Source of the DNA: an uncultured Bacilli bacterium
GTDB taxonomy: Bacteria > Bacillota_I > Bacilli_A > RF39 > UBA660
Direction: 5' to 3'
Length of the DNA: 64,000 nucleotides
Assembly (NCBI GenBank): GCA_947627975.1
Contig: CANQYB010000003.1
Coordinates: forward strand, 3,588-67,587
Shown here: positions 44,416 to 53,471 of the stretch, in pieces
Layout of the letters: each line of letters starts with the position of its first letter
Position numbering within the stretch: the stretch's first letter is position 1
Position numbers and translations under genes: made by a program
The notes under the pieces: generated by a model
What the model was told of the DNA's origin: nothing
Database searches by the model: none
What the model saw: the letters and a program-made list of their open reading frames with translations, nothing else

Positions 44416-45210
44416 ATGTATTTAATTATGAAAAAGAAAAGAAAAATTAAAAAAGTTCTAAAAATATTTTTAATTACTATTATTATAACAATTATTGCAT
44501 TTATTGGAATTGTTGTTTTACTAACAATTATAGATTTAAAACAAGAAAGCAATTTAGAACAAGAAATTATAAATTATAATACTAAAGATTTAGCAAAAGA
44601 TGATTTTACTGTAAAAATAAATACTAAAGGAGATTATGCATATGTAGAAAAAGCAGTAAAAGAATATTATAAAAGTCTATCTGATAATGTCAAAACAATA
44701 AATTCCTATTTAAACAATGAAAAATTTTCTAATCTTTTAACAGTAAATAATTTAGAAAGTGATAGACCTGATTTTACATTTAGTCATAATACTATTAAAA
44801 TTACAAAAAACAATATTAATAAAGCAATTAAAAATATCGATAAATTATGTGATGAAAAAACTATTAAAAATTTACTTGATAAAGATAAGCTTGATGATGC
44901 TGATTATTATTATGATTTTTATTTGGAGTTAATGTATACAAAAAATGATAAAAATAATTTTAAAAATTTAAAAAATAGAACGGATAATCTTGGAACACAA
45001 TTAAATTCTTATTTAGATAAACTAGATGAAACAATTAACTTTTTACAAAAAAATGATAAATCAATTAAATATGAACAAGACAAACAATCAATACTTTTTA
45101 ATTCTCAAACATTATATATAGAATGGAAAAAACAAATTGCAGAATTAGAAGAAATAGCAGAAAATATGGAAAAAGTCGAAAATACTGAAAATTCACCAAA
45201 TAAAGTTTAA
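44416..45210 (+). CDS. hypothetical membrane-anchored protein
   Basis: N-terminal TM helix followed by a coiled-coil-rich extracytoplasmic domain. Confidence 0.5.
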   Translation: MYLIMKKKRKIKKVLKIFLITIIITIIAFIGIVVLLTIIDLKQESNLEQEIINYNTKDLAKDDFTVKINTKGDYAYVEKAVKEYYKSLSDNVKTINSYLNNEKFSNLLTVNNLESDRPDFTFSHNTIKITKNNINKAIKNIDKLCDEKTIKNLLDKDKLDDADYYYDFYLELMYTKNDKNNFKNLKNRTDNLGTQLNSYLDKLDETINFLQKNDKSIKYEQDKQSILFNSQTLYIEWKKQIAELEEIAENMEKVENTENSPNKV

Positions 45211-45261
45211 CTTTCCAGATTATAAAATACTCAAATTTTTTATTAGCACAAGAAGTTATAG

Positions 45262-45290
45262 AGTAATAAATGCTAACAGAAATGTTAGTT
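45262..45290 (+). terminator. rho-independent terminator
   Basis: GCTAACA-GAAA-TGTTAGT hairpin followed by TTTTTTTT. Confidence 0.6.
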
Positions 45291-45428
45291 TTTTTTATTG
45301 CAGTATAATAACTTTAATAATAATTAATATATTGTTATTAAAATGTAAAATTTATAAATAAAAAAAGATTATTTTATAAATAATAAACTATTTATGCTAT
45401 AATTTTAATATAAAAAAGGAGTTATTAA

Positions 45429-46040
45429 ATGAGTAAGAAAATTTTGAAATATATATTAATTTTTATAGGTATAATATTTAATATTTTTAATTTTATATTA
45501 ATTGCTAGTTTGATCTTTATAATTTTTTTACTATTTTTATCAATTCCTACTCAAAGAGATAAATTAGCTTATACATATAAAGATAAAAATAAAAGATTAG
45601 CATATTTCCAAGAGAAAAAGGAAGATTTTGAATATTTTTCTCAATTTTTATTAGATAATGATGAAATTGAATCAATTAATTACCAAAAAAATTTTAAATG
45701 TGACTCCATTGAAAACGAAATAACAATAAATGTATCAGATGATATAATAATGTGTAAAAAAAGAAGTACCAATGATAATAAGTCATATGATTTTAATACT
45801 ATTAAAGAAAAGTATAAAAATTTAAATTTAGAGAAAATAATTAAAATAAAAGGTATTGATTATAATGTTTATAAATTAAAATTTATTTTATTTGGGACTA
45901 ATCGTGTTGAAGTATCATATAACTATTGTGTATCGCCTGAGTGTAAAAGCAAAGATTATATTGATAGTGAAGGCAATTCCTATAAAAATAAAATAGATGA
46001 TAAATGGTATACTATGTACGATGGTAATCCTGGACTATAA
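45429..46040 (+). CDS. hypothetical membrane-anchored protein
   Basis: N-terminal TM helix followed by a Cys-containing extracytoplasmic domain. Confidence 0.5.
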   Translation: MSKKILKYILIFIGIIFNIFNFILIASLIFIIFLLFLSIPTQRDKLAYTYKDKNKRLAYFQEKKEDFEYFSQFLLDNDEIESINYQKNFKCDSIENEITINVSDDIIMCKKRSTNDNKSYDFNTIKEKYKNLNLEKIIKIKGIDYNVYKLKFILFGTNRVEVSYNYCVSPECKSKDYIDSEGNSYKNKIDDKWYTMYDGNPGL

Positions 46041-46162
46041 TCTTTGAAGATGATAATTCATATAAAATTACAGATAAAAATGTAACAAATTATAAATAAA
46101 AAAAGATTATTTTATAAATAATAAAATATTTATCTTATAATTTTAATATAAAGGATGTATTT

Positions 46163-47185
46163 ATGAAATTAATTAAAAAAATTAAAAATAAATTAATGGA
46201 AAATCCAAAAAAAACATTTATTATTTGCAATATAATTTTAGCTTCATTATTTTATGTAACATTTACATTTGATTTCTTACTTGATTTTAAAATTTGGATT
46301 ATATTTATAGTCATATTTTATAGAATTCTATTAATATTCATAACAATTTTTAATTGTTACTACATTTATAAACATCCAAAAGATGAATTAATAATATTAG
46401 CTTTTTTGGCGACAATTTTATCAATTCCTTTATTCTTAATTTGTACAGGAGCTTATCTATTAATGATTTTAACTTATATAATATTATTTATTATCATTAA
46501 TAAGCCAGAAAATGTAATACAAAGTACTTTAAAAAATATTATATTTATTATATGTAATATATCATTAATTTTATTATATTATATTACGAATGGAAAAGAT
46601 TTAATAATTGAGATATATCCTATAATTTTTATGGTTATAATAATATTAATAACAATTTTTAATTGCTATTATATTTATAAAAATCCTAAAAACAATCTTG
46701 TGGGAGCAATAGCCATTACTTCTATTGTTTTTTCATTCCCTTTAAGTGATGTTTTTCCTATTTTATATCTTCTAATAATTTTATCTTATTTACTATTTTT
46801 TATAATAAATAAAAAAATAGTTTTAATATTCATTGGAATAGTAGTCTTTATTTTGACATTAACTTTTTCTATAGAATCTTATATTTATAACCATAATAAT
46901 GAAGATTCAAACAAAGCAGTTGATATAGGTTTTTCACCTACTAAAAAGTATTATGGTTACTGTGAAAGTTATAAATTAGCAAATAATAAGTTAGAAAACA
47001 AATTTTATTGGGGTAAGAAAAAACTACCAATAGATATTTTTAATACAATTGATCCACTTGAACAAAATATAAATATACCAACATGTAAAAAAGGTAAAAT
47101 AAAATGGATAACAGATGATGAAATAGAAGTAAATGGAAAAAAAATATCAATAAAAAATAAGTGGGAAGAAAGATTTGAAAATTAA
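46163..47185 (+). CDS. polytopic membrane protein with an internal duplication
   Basis: Two modules of about 110 aa each, both carrying the I(T)IFNCYYIYK(H/N)PK motif. Confidence 0.5.
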   Translation: MKLIKKIKNKLMENPKKTFIICNIILASLFYVTFTFDFLLDFKIWIIFIVIFYRILLIFITIFNCYYIYKHPKDELIILAFLATILSIPLFLICTGAYLLMILTYIILFIIINKPENVIQSTLKNIIFIICNISLILLYYITNGKDLIIEIYPIIFMVIIILITIFNCYYIYKNPKNNLVGAIAITSIVFSFPLSDVFPILYLLIILSYLLFFIINKKIVLIFIGIVVFILTLTFSIESYIYNHNNEDSNKAVDIGFSPTKKYYGYCESYKLANNKLENKFYWGKKKLPIDIFNTIDPLEQNINIPTCKKGKIKWITDDEIEVNGKKISIKNKWEERFEN

Positions 47186-47266
47186 AAAAAGTTACTTTAT
47201 AGAGTTCATATTAAAAAAAATACATAAATTTTAAATTTAATAAATATAATTATTAAAAGGTGATTT

Positions 47267-48193
47267 ATGAATACAATTGATTATAATTTTAGGGAGTTAA
47301 TTACCCAAATAAAAGAAAAAACTATAGAAGAAATTTTTAATGATATTAAAAATAATTATTTAAATATTTCTCCTACTATCCAAAATTCTATAGAAGATTT
47401 TTTTGGTAAATTTAATTATTGGGGAAAATTAAAAAGATCTGAAAATATTTTTGATGAATTACATAATAGAGCATTATCTTTAAAAAATCACATTAATGAT
47501 TATATATGGTTATATGACAATTTAAATGATTATCGCTCTAAACGTGTTTTATACGCTATTTTAAATAATTGGTATAAGTTTGACTTTAAAAATTTAGAAA
47601 TTTGTAGAGAAACTAATAATTCTCATTATTTTGATTTAGATTTGATAAAATGTGATAAAAATGAAATCTTTGTAGATATTGGTTCCTATACAGGAGATAC
47701 AATTATAGATTATTTTAATAATTACGGGAGTAATAATTATAAAAAAATATATTGTTATGAAATTACTAAAAAAATTTATACTATGTTAGAAAATAACTTA
47801 AAATATTATAAAAATATTATTTTAAGAAATAAAGCTGTATCAGATAAAAATGAAACTTTATTTTTAAAAGAAAATAAATGTGACAATTCAGCAAATTGTC
47901 TTTCTGAAATGGGAAACCAAATAATTGAAGCAGTTACTTTAGATAGTGACATAAAAGAAAAAATATCTTTACTAAAAATGGATATTGAAGGATATGAATT
48001 TAAAGCTTTAAATGGTTCTATCAATCATATTAAAAATGATAAACCAAAATTATTAATTTCAGTTTATCATAATCATGAAGATATATGGAAAATTCCTTTA
48101 TTTATAAAAAAAATAAATCCCAATTATAATTTATATTTAAGATATTATGGGAATAATATTTTTCCAACAGAAATTGTTTTAATTGCAATTTAA
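47267..48193 (+). CDS. FkbM-family SAM-dependent methyltransferase
   Basis: VDIGSYTGDT and LKMDIEGYE motifs. Confidence 0.7.
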   Translation: MNTIDYNFRELITQIKEKTIEEIFNDIKNNYLNISPTIQNSIEDFFGKFNYWGKLKRSENIFDELHNRALSLKNHINDYIWLYDNLNDYRSKRVLYAILNNWYKFDFKNLEICRETNNSHYFDLDLIKCDKNEIFVDIGSYTGDTIIDYFNNYGSNNYKKIYCYEITKKIYTMLENNLKYYKNIILRNKAVSDKNETLFLKENKCDNSANCLSEMGNQIIEAVTLDSDIKEKISLLKMDIEGYEFKALNGSINHIKNDKPKLLISVYHNHEDIWKIPLFIKKINPNYNLYLRYYGNNIFPTEIVLIAI

Positions 48194-48230
48194 TAAAAAA
48201 AGCTTCCTAATAAGGAAGTATTTTTTATAT

Positions 48231-48599
48231 TTAAGCAAGTTCTACAGTTGCGCCAACTTCTTCTAGTTTTGCTTTAATTTCATTAGCTTCATCATTTGAA
48301 ACATTTTCTTTAACATTTCCACCATTATCAGCTAAAGCTTTAGCATCAACTAGTCCAAGACCAGTAATTTCTCTTAAAGCTTTAATTACTTGAATTTTAG
48401 TAGCTCCAGCATCTTTTAATACTACTGTTTTTGTTGTACTTTCTTCTTCTTGTGCACCAGCAGCAGGGGCAGCAGCAACTGCAACAGCTGATGGATCAAC
48501 TCCTAATTCTTCTTTCATTAAATCTACTAATTCTTTAACTTCAAGAATGCTCATTTCTTTAATTGCATCAATGATTTCACTAGCTTTTAATTTTGCCAT
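48231..48599 (-). CDS. rplL: 50S ribosomal protein L7/L12
   Basis: 122 aa; typical L12 N-terminal and C-terminal domains with an Ala-rich hinge. Confidence 0.95.
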   Translation of the reverse strand: MAKLKASEIIDAIKEMSILEVKELVDLMKEELGVDPSAVAVAAAPAAGAQEEESTTKTVVLKDAGATKIQVIKALREITGLGLVDAKALADNGGNVKENVSNDEANEIKAKLEEVGATVELA

Positions 48600-48618
48600 A
48601 ATAATTTATCTTCCTTTC

Positions 48619-49116
48619 TTATTTTTCTTCTTCTAATTTTTTTGCATATAGATCAAGACCTATTGCAAAGTTTCTAACATGTTCCATTAAGCCACCAGCA
48701 AACATTGAAAGTAATCCTTCAAGTGATGGTATAGAAGCATATTCAGAAATTGTATTTATATCAACTAATTCACCAGAAATAATTCCTGCTCTAATATTAA
48801 CAACATCTTTATCTTTAGCAAAATTAGTTAATGCTTTAATACATTCAATTATATTTTCACCAAACATAATTGCATTTGGACCATCTAAAAATTCATCCAT
48901 ATTAATATTTAAACTATTTAATGCTCTTTTAGTAAGAGTATTTTTATATACTTTTACATTACCATTAACTTTTTTTAATTCATTTCTTAATTCATTAAAA
49001 TCAGAAACAGTTAATCCTTGGTAAGTAAATAAAACTACAGCTTCATTATTTTTAATATTATCAGCAATTTCATTAATAGTTTTTTCTTTTTGTTTTAATA
49101 TTTTAGCACTTGCCAT
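48619..49116 (-). CDS. rplJ: 50S ribosomal protein L10
   Basis: 165 aa with L10 conservation. Confidence 0.9.
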   Translation of the reverse strand: MASAKILKQKEKTINEIADNIKNNEAVVLFTYQGLTVSDFNELRNELKKVNGNVKVYKNTLTKRALNSLNINMDEFLDGPNAIMFGENIIECIKALTNFAKDKDVVNIRAGIISGELVDINTISEYASIPSLEGLLSMFAGGLMEHVRNFAIGLDLYAKKLEEEK

Positions 49117-49264
49117 AAAATCCTCCTTATAGATTTAAAAAAGCTTTCCAAAGATCAAGGAAAGCTTATTAATTATAAAATATAATAATCTAACCTCGGT
49201 AGGATTTAATTAACCTACTGTCTTTGGCTCTTTTTCATAATTTAGTATAACTTTTTTTTTTAAT
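49117..49264 (-). promoter_or_regulatory. rplJ (L10) leader with conserved-looking hairpins
   Basis: 148-nt structured 5' UTR containing AAGCTTTCC...GGAAAGCTT and CCTCGGTAGG...CCTACTG stems; matches the position of the L10 leader element. Confidence 0.45.
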
Positions 49265-49960
49265 TTAGTCAATAGAATTTATATCTAATTTAATACCAGG
49301 TCCCATTGTAGAACTTATTGTTATATTTTCAACAAAGTTACCCTTAACAGCTTGTGGCTTAGATGAAATTATTAATTTAACTAAATAAGTTAAATTTTCT
49401 TTTAAATCTTCATCACTAAATGATACTTTACCAATTATACTATGAACATTTCCATAAGTATCTGTTTTATATTCTATCATTCCCTTTTTAATGTCTTCAA
49501 CAGTTTTTTCTGGAGTAGTTGTTACTGTATTAGTTTTAGGATTTGGCATTAAACCTTTTGGTCCTAAAATTTTTCCAAGTTTTCCTAATTTAGCCATCAT
49601 ATCAGGCGTAGCAACTATTACATCAAAATCAAACCAATTTTCTTTTTCAATTTTTTCAATATAGTCTTCTCCACCTACATAATCAGCTTTAGCTTCAATA
49701 CATTTTTTAGCTGCTGAATCATTAGTTATAACCAAAACTTTTCTAGTTTTTCCAGTACCTTTTGGAAGAACGACAGATCCTCTTAATTGTTGATCAGCTT
49801 TTTTAGGATCAACATTAAGATTAAAAGCTACTTCGACTGTACTATCAAATTTAGTAATTGATGTTGATTTAACTAATTTTATAGCTTCGTTAATTTCATA
49901 TGCTTTGTTTTTATCTATTTTTTTAGCTACTTCAACATATTTTTTCCCAAATTTTTTCAT
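49265..49960 (-). CDS. rplA: 50S ribosomal protein L1
   Basis: 231 aa with L1 conservation. Confidence 0.95.
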   Translation of the reverse strand: MKKFGKKYVEVAKKIDKNKAYEINEAIKLVKSTSITKFDSTVEVAFNLNVDPKKADQQLRGSVVLPKGTGKTRKVLVITNDSAAKKCIEAKADYVGGEDYIEKIEKENWFDFDVIVATPDMMAKLGKLGKILGPKGLMPNPKTNTVTTTPEKTVEDIKKGMIEYKTDTYGNVHSIIGKVSFSDEDLKENLTYLVKLIISSKPQAVKGNFVENITISSTMGPGIKLDINSID

Positions 49961-50005
49961 AATAACCTCCTAATTTTATTTTAAATTAGCGGATTTGTTT
50001 TTTTT

Positions 50006-50602
50006 CTATTCTGTTTTTTCTTCGTTATCTTCTACTATTTCTACTTCTTTTGTTTCTTTTATTTCTTTAGCTTCAGCTTCAATTGCTTCTAACTCCTCTG
50101 CTCTTTTTTCTTTTTCAATTTCTGCTTTTTGAGCAGCTTGCTCTTGAGATGCAAGTTCTTGATCATTTAATCCTTTAACAGCTATTCCCATATTACGAGC
50201 AGTTCCTTCAATAGTTTTCATTGCAGATTCAATATCATCAGTATTAAGATCTGGCATTTTAGCCTCAGCAACTTGTCTTAATTCATCTTTAGTTATAGTT
50301 GCAACTATGTGATTAGCACCTTTTGCACTACCTTTTTGAATCTTAGCAATTTTTTTAAGTGAAAAAGCAGCTGGTGGAGTTTTTAAAACAAAATCATAAG
50401 ATCTATCGTCATATATTGTAATTTCTACTGGTAAAATGTCACCCATTTTATCTTTAGATGCATCATTAAATTTAGTACAAAAATCGCCTAAATTTATTCC
50501 AAATGGTCCTAAAATTGTACCAACTGGTGGAGCTGGTGTTGCTTTTCCAGCAGGAATTTGTAATCTAATTTCTTTAACGATTTCTTTTGCCACGAAAAAC
50601 AC
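50006..50602 (-). CDS. rplK: 50S ribosomal protein L11 with a roughly 55-aa acidic C-terminal extension
   Basis: The L11 core (AKEIVKEIRLQIPAGKATPAPPVGTILGPFGIN...ARNMGI) is followed by QELASQEQAAQKAEIEKEKRAEELEAIEAEAKEIKETKEVEIVEDNEEKTE. The likely true start is the GTG at 50593 (MAKEIVK); the track start codon overlaps the GGAGGTG ribosome-binding site. Confidence 0.85.
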   Translation of the reverse strand: MFFVAKEIVKEIRLQIPAGKATPAPPVGTILGPFGINLGDFCTKFNDASKDKMGDILPVEITIYDDRSYDFVLKTPPAAFSLKKIAKIQKGSAKGANHIVATITKDELRQVAEAKMPDLNTDDIESAMKTIEGTARNMGIAVKGLNDQELASQEQAAQKAEIEKEKRAEELEAIEAEAKEIKETKEVEIVEDNEEKTE

Positions 50603-50690
50603 CTCCTATAATATTTCTTCGCGAAAGTGGTATAGGGCAAATCCGCATTCCCTCCCACTTTTACAAGCAATTATAATAAATAACTGCACT
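50603..50690 (-). promoter_or_regulatory. structured rplK leader (candidate L1-binding autoregulatory element)
   Basis: The 5' UTR reads AAAAGTGGGAGGGAATGCGGATTTGCCCTATACCACTTTCGCG on the minus strand, which is rRNA-mimic-like. Confidence 0.3.
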
Positions 50691-50751
50691 TAAGATATTA
50701 ACACATTATATTAAAAAAAACAAGAAATATTCAACTTTTTATTTAAAAATT

Positions 50752-50781
50752 ATTAAAAAAAAATTGCCTAAAGGCAAATTT
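50752..50781. terminator. terminator after nusG
   Basis: TTGCCTTTAGGCAA palindrome flanked by an A-run and a T-run. Confidence 0.6.
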
Positions 50782-51327
50782 TTATATTTTACTAACTTGA
50801 AATAGTTCTACTTCTACAGGTGTTTCTTGACCAAAAAGGTCTATTAGGACAGTTAATCTATTAGTTTCATTGTCAATATTATTAATTTTTCCTGACATTC
50901 CTTTAAATGGTCCATCAATAACATTAACATTATCACCAACATTAATATCACTTTGAATCTCATTTCTTGATTCTCCCATATAAGATAAAATCCTATCAAT
51001 TTCTTGAGGTAATAATGGTGTTGGCTTAGCACCTTTCCCAGAAGAACCAATAAAACCAGTAACTCCTGGAGTATTTCTAACAATATACCAAGCTTCATTA
51101 CTCATTTTCATTTCTACCAAAATATATCCAGGAAACATTTTTTTAATCTTTTCTTTTTTCTTGCCATCTTTTACTTCAACTTCTTTTGTTTCTGGGATAA
51201 CGATTCTAAAAATATAATCTTGCATTCTATATGACTCGGTTCTAGCTTCAAGTTTTTCTTTAACTTTACTTTCATGACCAGAGTATGTATTTACAACATA
51301 CCAATGTTTTTCATTTTCTAAATCCAT
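50782..51327 (-). CDS. nusG: transcription termination/antitermination factor NusG
   Basis: NGN and KOW domains (WYVVNTYSGHE, GDNVNVIDGPFKG). Confidence 0.9.
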   Translation of the reverse strand: MDLENEKHWYVVNTYSGHESKVKEKLEARTESYRMQDYIFRIVIPETKEVEVKDGKKKEKIKKMFPGYILVEMKMSNEAWYIVRNTPGVTGFIGSSGKGAKPTPLLPQEIDRILSYMGESRNEIQSDINVGDNVNVIDGPFKGMSGKINNIDNETNRLTVLIDLFGQETPVEVELFQVSKI

Positions 51328-51611
51328 TAATTAAACAATCCTTTCAATAATAAAAATAATAAATCAAAAATAAAGAAAAATAATCCAAAAAGTACACAAA
51401 AAATAATTGTTGTAATAGTATATTTAAAAGTAATTTTACTACTTGGCCAAGTAACTTTTTTTAATTCATTAAAGCAACTTTTTAAAAATCCTTCTTCTTT
51501 TTCTTTTTTGTTTATTTTTTTAGTTTTCTTTTCTGTTTGTTTTTTTTCTTTTATTTTCACATCTTCAACTGTATATTCATTATTTTTTTTAACAGTTGTT
51601 TTTATTGCCAT
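51327..51611 (-). CDS. secE: preprotein translocase subunit SecE (with a Lys-rich N-terminal extension)
   Basis: C-terminal SecE motif (ELKKVTWPS) plus a TM helix; conserved position upstream of nusG. Confidence 0.75.
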   Translation of the reverse strand: MAIKTTVKKNNEYTVEDVKIKEKKQTEKKTKKINKKEKEEGFLKSCFNELKKVTWPSSKITFKYTITTIIFCVLFGLFFFIFDLLFLLLKGLFN

Positions 51612-51700
51612 ATATTTTCACCTCAATTTATTTCAAAATAAAAACACCTTACGTGTTAAATAAAATATAACACAATTATATTAATTTGACAAGCTTTATA

Positions 51701-52315
51701 TTAATTATTTTTATCAAATATAATTTTTCTTGCTTTATTTCTTATTCTATTTCTTGTATTATCAACTTGTTTAGGAGTTAAATCGAGAATTACTGCTATA
51801 CTTTTATAATCTAGTCCAGCAATCATAAGAGAAAAAACCATTTTTTCCGAATCTGATAAAACTTCTTTTACATTATCAATAACTTCTTCTTGATTTTCTA
51901 TATTTATTATATTTTCTAAAGGATTATTTACATTATTATCGCTTAGAATATCTTTTAACGAAGTATTATCATCATATGTATATTCTAAAGATAATGCTTC
52001 ATTTTGAATTTTATTTTTCATTCTACTAGCCTTTTTTAAGCAAGAATAAATTTTTCTTTCAACACATAACGAAATATATGTTGATATAGAAGATTTTTCA
52101 TCATCATAAGAATAAATAGCATCAATAAAACCTAACATAGCTTCTTGATATAAATCATTATATTCCAAGCCTAATACGTATCCACTTTTTTTGTATTTTT
52201 TAGCTATTATATCAATTATATATTTATATTTATCAAATATTATATCTTTGGCAATTTCATTATTTTCTTTAACTAAATATATTAATTCACTATCTTCAAT
52301 ATCTTTATAATTCAA
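51701..52315 (-). CDS. sigH: RNA polymerase sigma factor SigH-like (sigma-70 regions 2 and 4)
   Basis: Aligns with B. subtilis SigH over regions 2 and 4; sits between rlmB and secE as in Bacillus. Confidence 0.65.
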   Translation of the reverse strand: MNYKDIEDSELIYLVKENNEIAKDIIFDKYKYIIDIIAKKYKKSGYVLGLEYNDLYQEAMLGFIDAIYSYDDEKSSISTYISLCVERKIYSCLKKASRMKNKIQNEALSLEYTYDDNTSLKDILSDNNVNNPLENIINIENQEEVIDNVKEVLSDSEKMVFSLMIAGLDYKSIAVILDLTPKQVDNTRNRIRNKARKIIFDKNN

Positions 52316-53023
52316 TTATATCACCTTACCCCTTGAAATAATATCATAAATAAAAATACCTGCTGCAACTGAAGCATTTAAACTATTTATTTTTCCGTTT
52401 TGTGGAAGAGATATTAATTCATCACAATTTTTTCTAACTAAGTTAGAAATTCCTTTTCCTTCATTACCTATAATTAAACAAACTTTATGAGAATAAGAAA
52501 TTTCTTGATAATTTTTATGATTTAAAACTGTACCATAAATAAAAAAGTCATTATCTTTTAATATATTTATTGCATTAACTAAATTATTAACTTTGATAAT
52601 ATTTACATAATTTATTGCACCCACTGAAGTTTTAACTACAGTTTCATTTACACAAGCAGCTCTATCTTTAGGAATTATTATACTTTTAATTCCAGCTGCT
52701 TCACATGTTCTTATAATTGCTCCTAAGTTATGTGGATCTTCAATATGATCTAATATAATAATTACATTGTCATTTAAGCAATCTTCTAAATCAGCATATA
52801 AATAATCTTCTATTTGAGCTATTATCCCTTGATTATTTTTACAAATCTTATTTAAATTTTTATTAGTTGTTTTTATATATTTTATTTTATTTTGTAATAC
52901 TAAATTAAAAATTTCTTCATCTTTAAAATTATCACTTAAATATATTTTTGAAATACTTTTTGGATTGGTTAACAATTTTTCTTTTATAACATTTTTTCCA
53001 TAAATTTTCATATTATCCCTCAA
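52316..53023 (-). CDS. rlmB: TrmH-family 23S rRNA (guanosine-2'-O)-methyltransferase (RlmB/YacO)
   Basis: SpoU methylase motifs (NLGAIIRTCEAAG, IGNEGKGIS). Confidence 0.8.
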   Translation of the reverse strand: MRDNMKIYGKNVIKEKLLTNPKSISKIYLSDNFKDEEIFNLVLQNKIKYIKTTNKNLNKICKNNQGIIAQIEDYLYADLEDCLNDNVIIILDHIEDPHNLGAIIRTCEAAGIKSIIIPKDRAACVNETVVKTSVGAINYVNIIKVNNLVNAINILKDNDFFIYGTVLNHKNYQEISYSHKVCLIIGNEGKGISNLVRKNCDELISLPQNGKINSLNASVAAGIFIYDIISRGKVI

Positions 53024-53471
53024 TTATTTTATTTATTATTTCATCAATTCTATCTATTTTTTTATTTATATATAAATAACCAATTAAAGTTTCAAAACCA
53101 GTAGCAATTCTATAAGTAACTATATCACTACTTTTACTTTTACCTGTACTTGAATTTCTTCCTCTTTTAAATTCACTAATTTCGTCTTCTTTTAAAAAGT
53201 TTATTTCTATTAAATGTTTTATGTGTTTACATTGACTTTTAGCAGATACAAATTCAAGACTTTTTTTTTGAATATCATTTACTTTTGCTAAATTCATATT
53301 AATTAATTTTTCTCTTATTTTAAGTTCATAAACAGCATCACCTAAGTAAGCTAGTACATTGCTATTCATAAATTTTTCCCCATTTCTAATAATAATATAT
53401 ATTAAACATTGAAAAAAAGCAAATAAAATATTAAATAATATTACAATTAAAAAAGTGTCATTATTTGACAC
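53013..53471 (-). CDS. mrnC: mini-ribonuclease 3
   Basis: NVLAYLGDAVYELKIREKL motif. The true start is probably the internal Met (MNSNVLAYLGD); the N-terminal 34 aa of the track ORF look spurious. Confidence 0.7.
   Translation of the reverse strand: MSNNDTFLIVILFNILFAFFQCLIYIIIRNGEKFMNSNVLAYLGDAVYELKIREKLINMNLAKVNDIQKKSLEFVSAKSQCKHIKHLIEINFLKEDEISEFKRGRNSSTGKSKSSDIVTYRIATGFETLIGYLYINKKIDRIDEIINKIIEG

Noticed and set aside
50581-50640. Apparent 1-nt discrepancy between the printed sequence and the ORF-track translation of rplK near its 5' end
   Set aside because: The printed line at 50581 has 59 rather than 60 characters, so one T in a T-run was lost in display. The ORF track was evidently computed on the intact sequence. 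This is treated as a formatting artifact and not as a frameshift.
53013-53120. The 34-aa hydrophobic N-terminus of the mrnC ORF as a signal peptide
   Set aside because: The conserved Mini-III core begins at the internal Met (MNSNVLAYLGD). The extension overlaps the cdaR 3' end and has no counterpart in homologs, so it is probably an over-extended ORF call.
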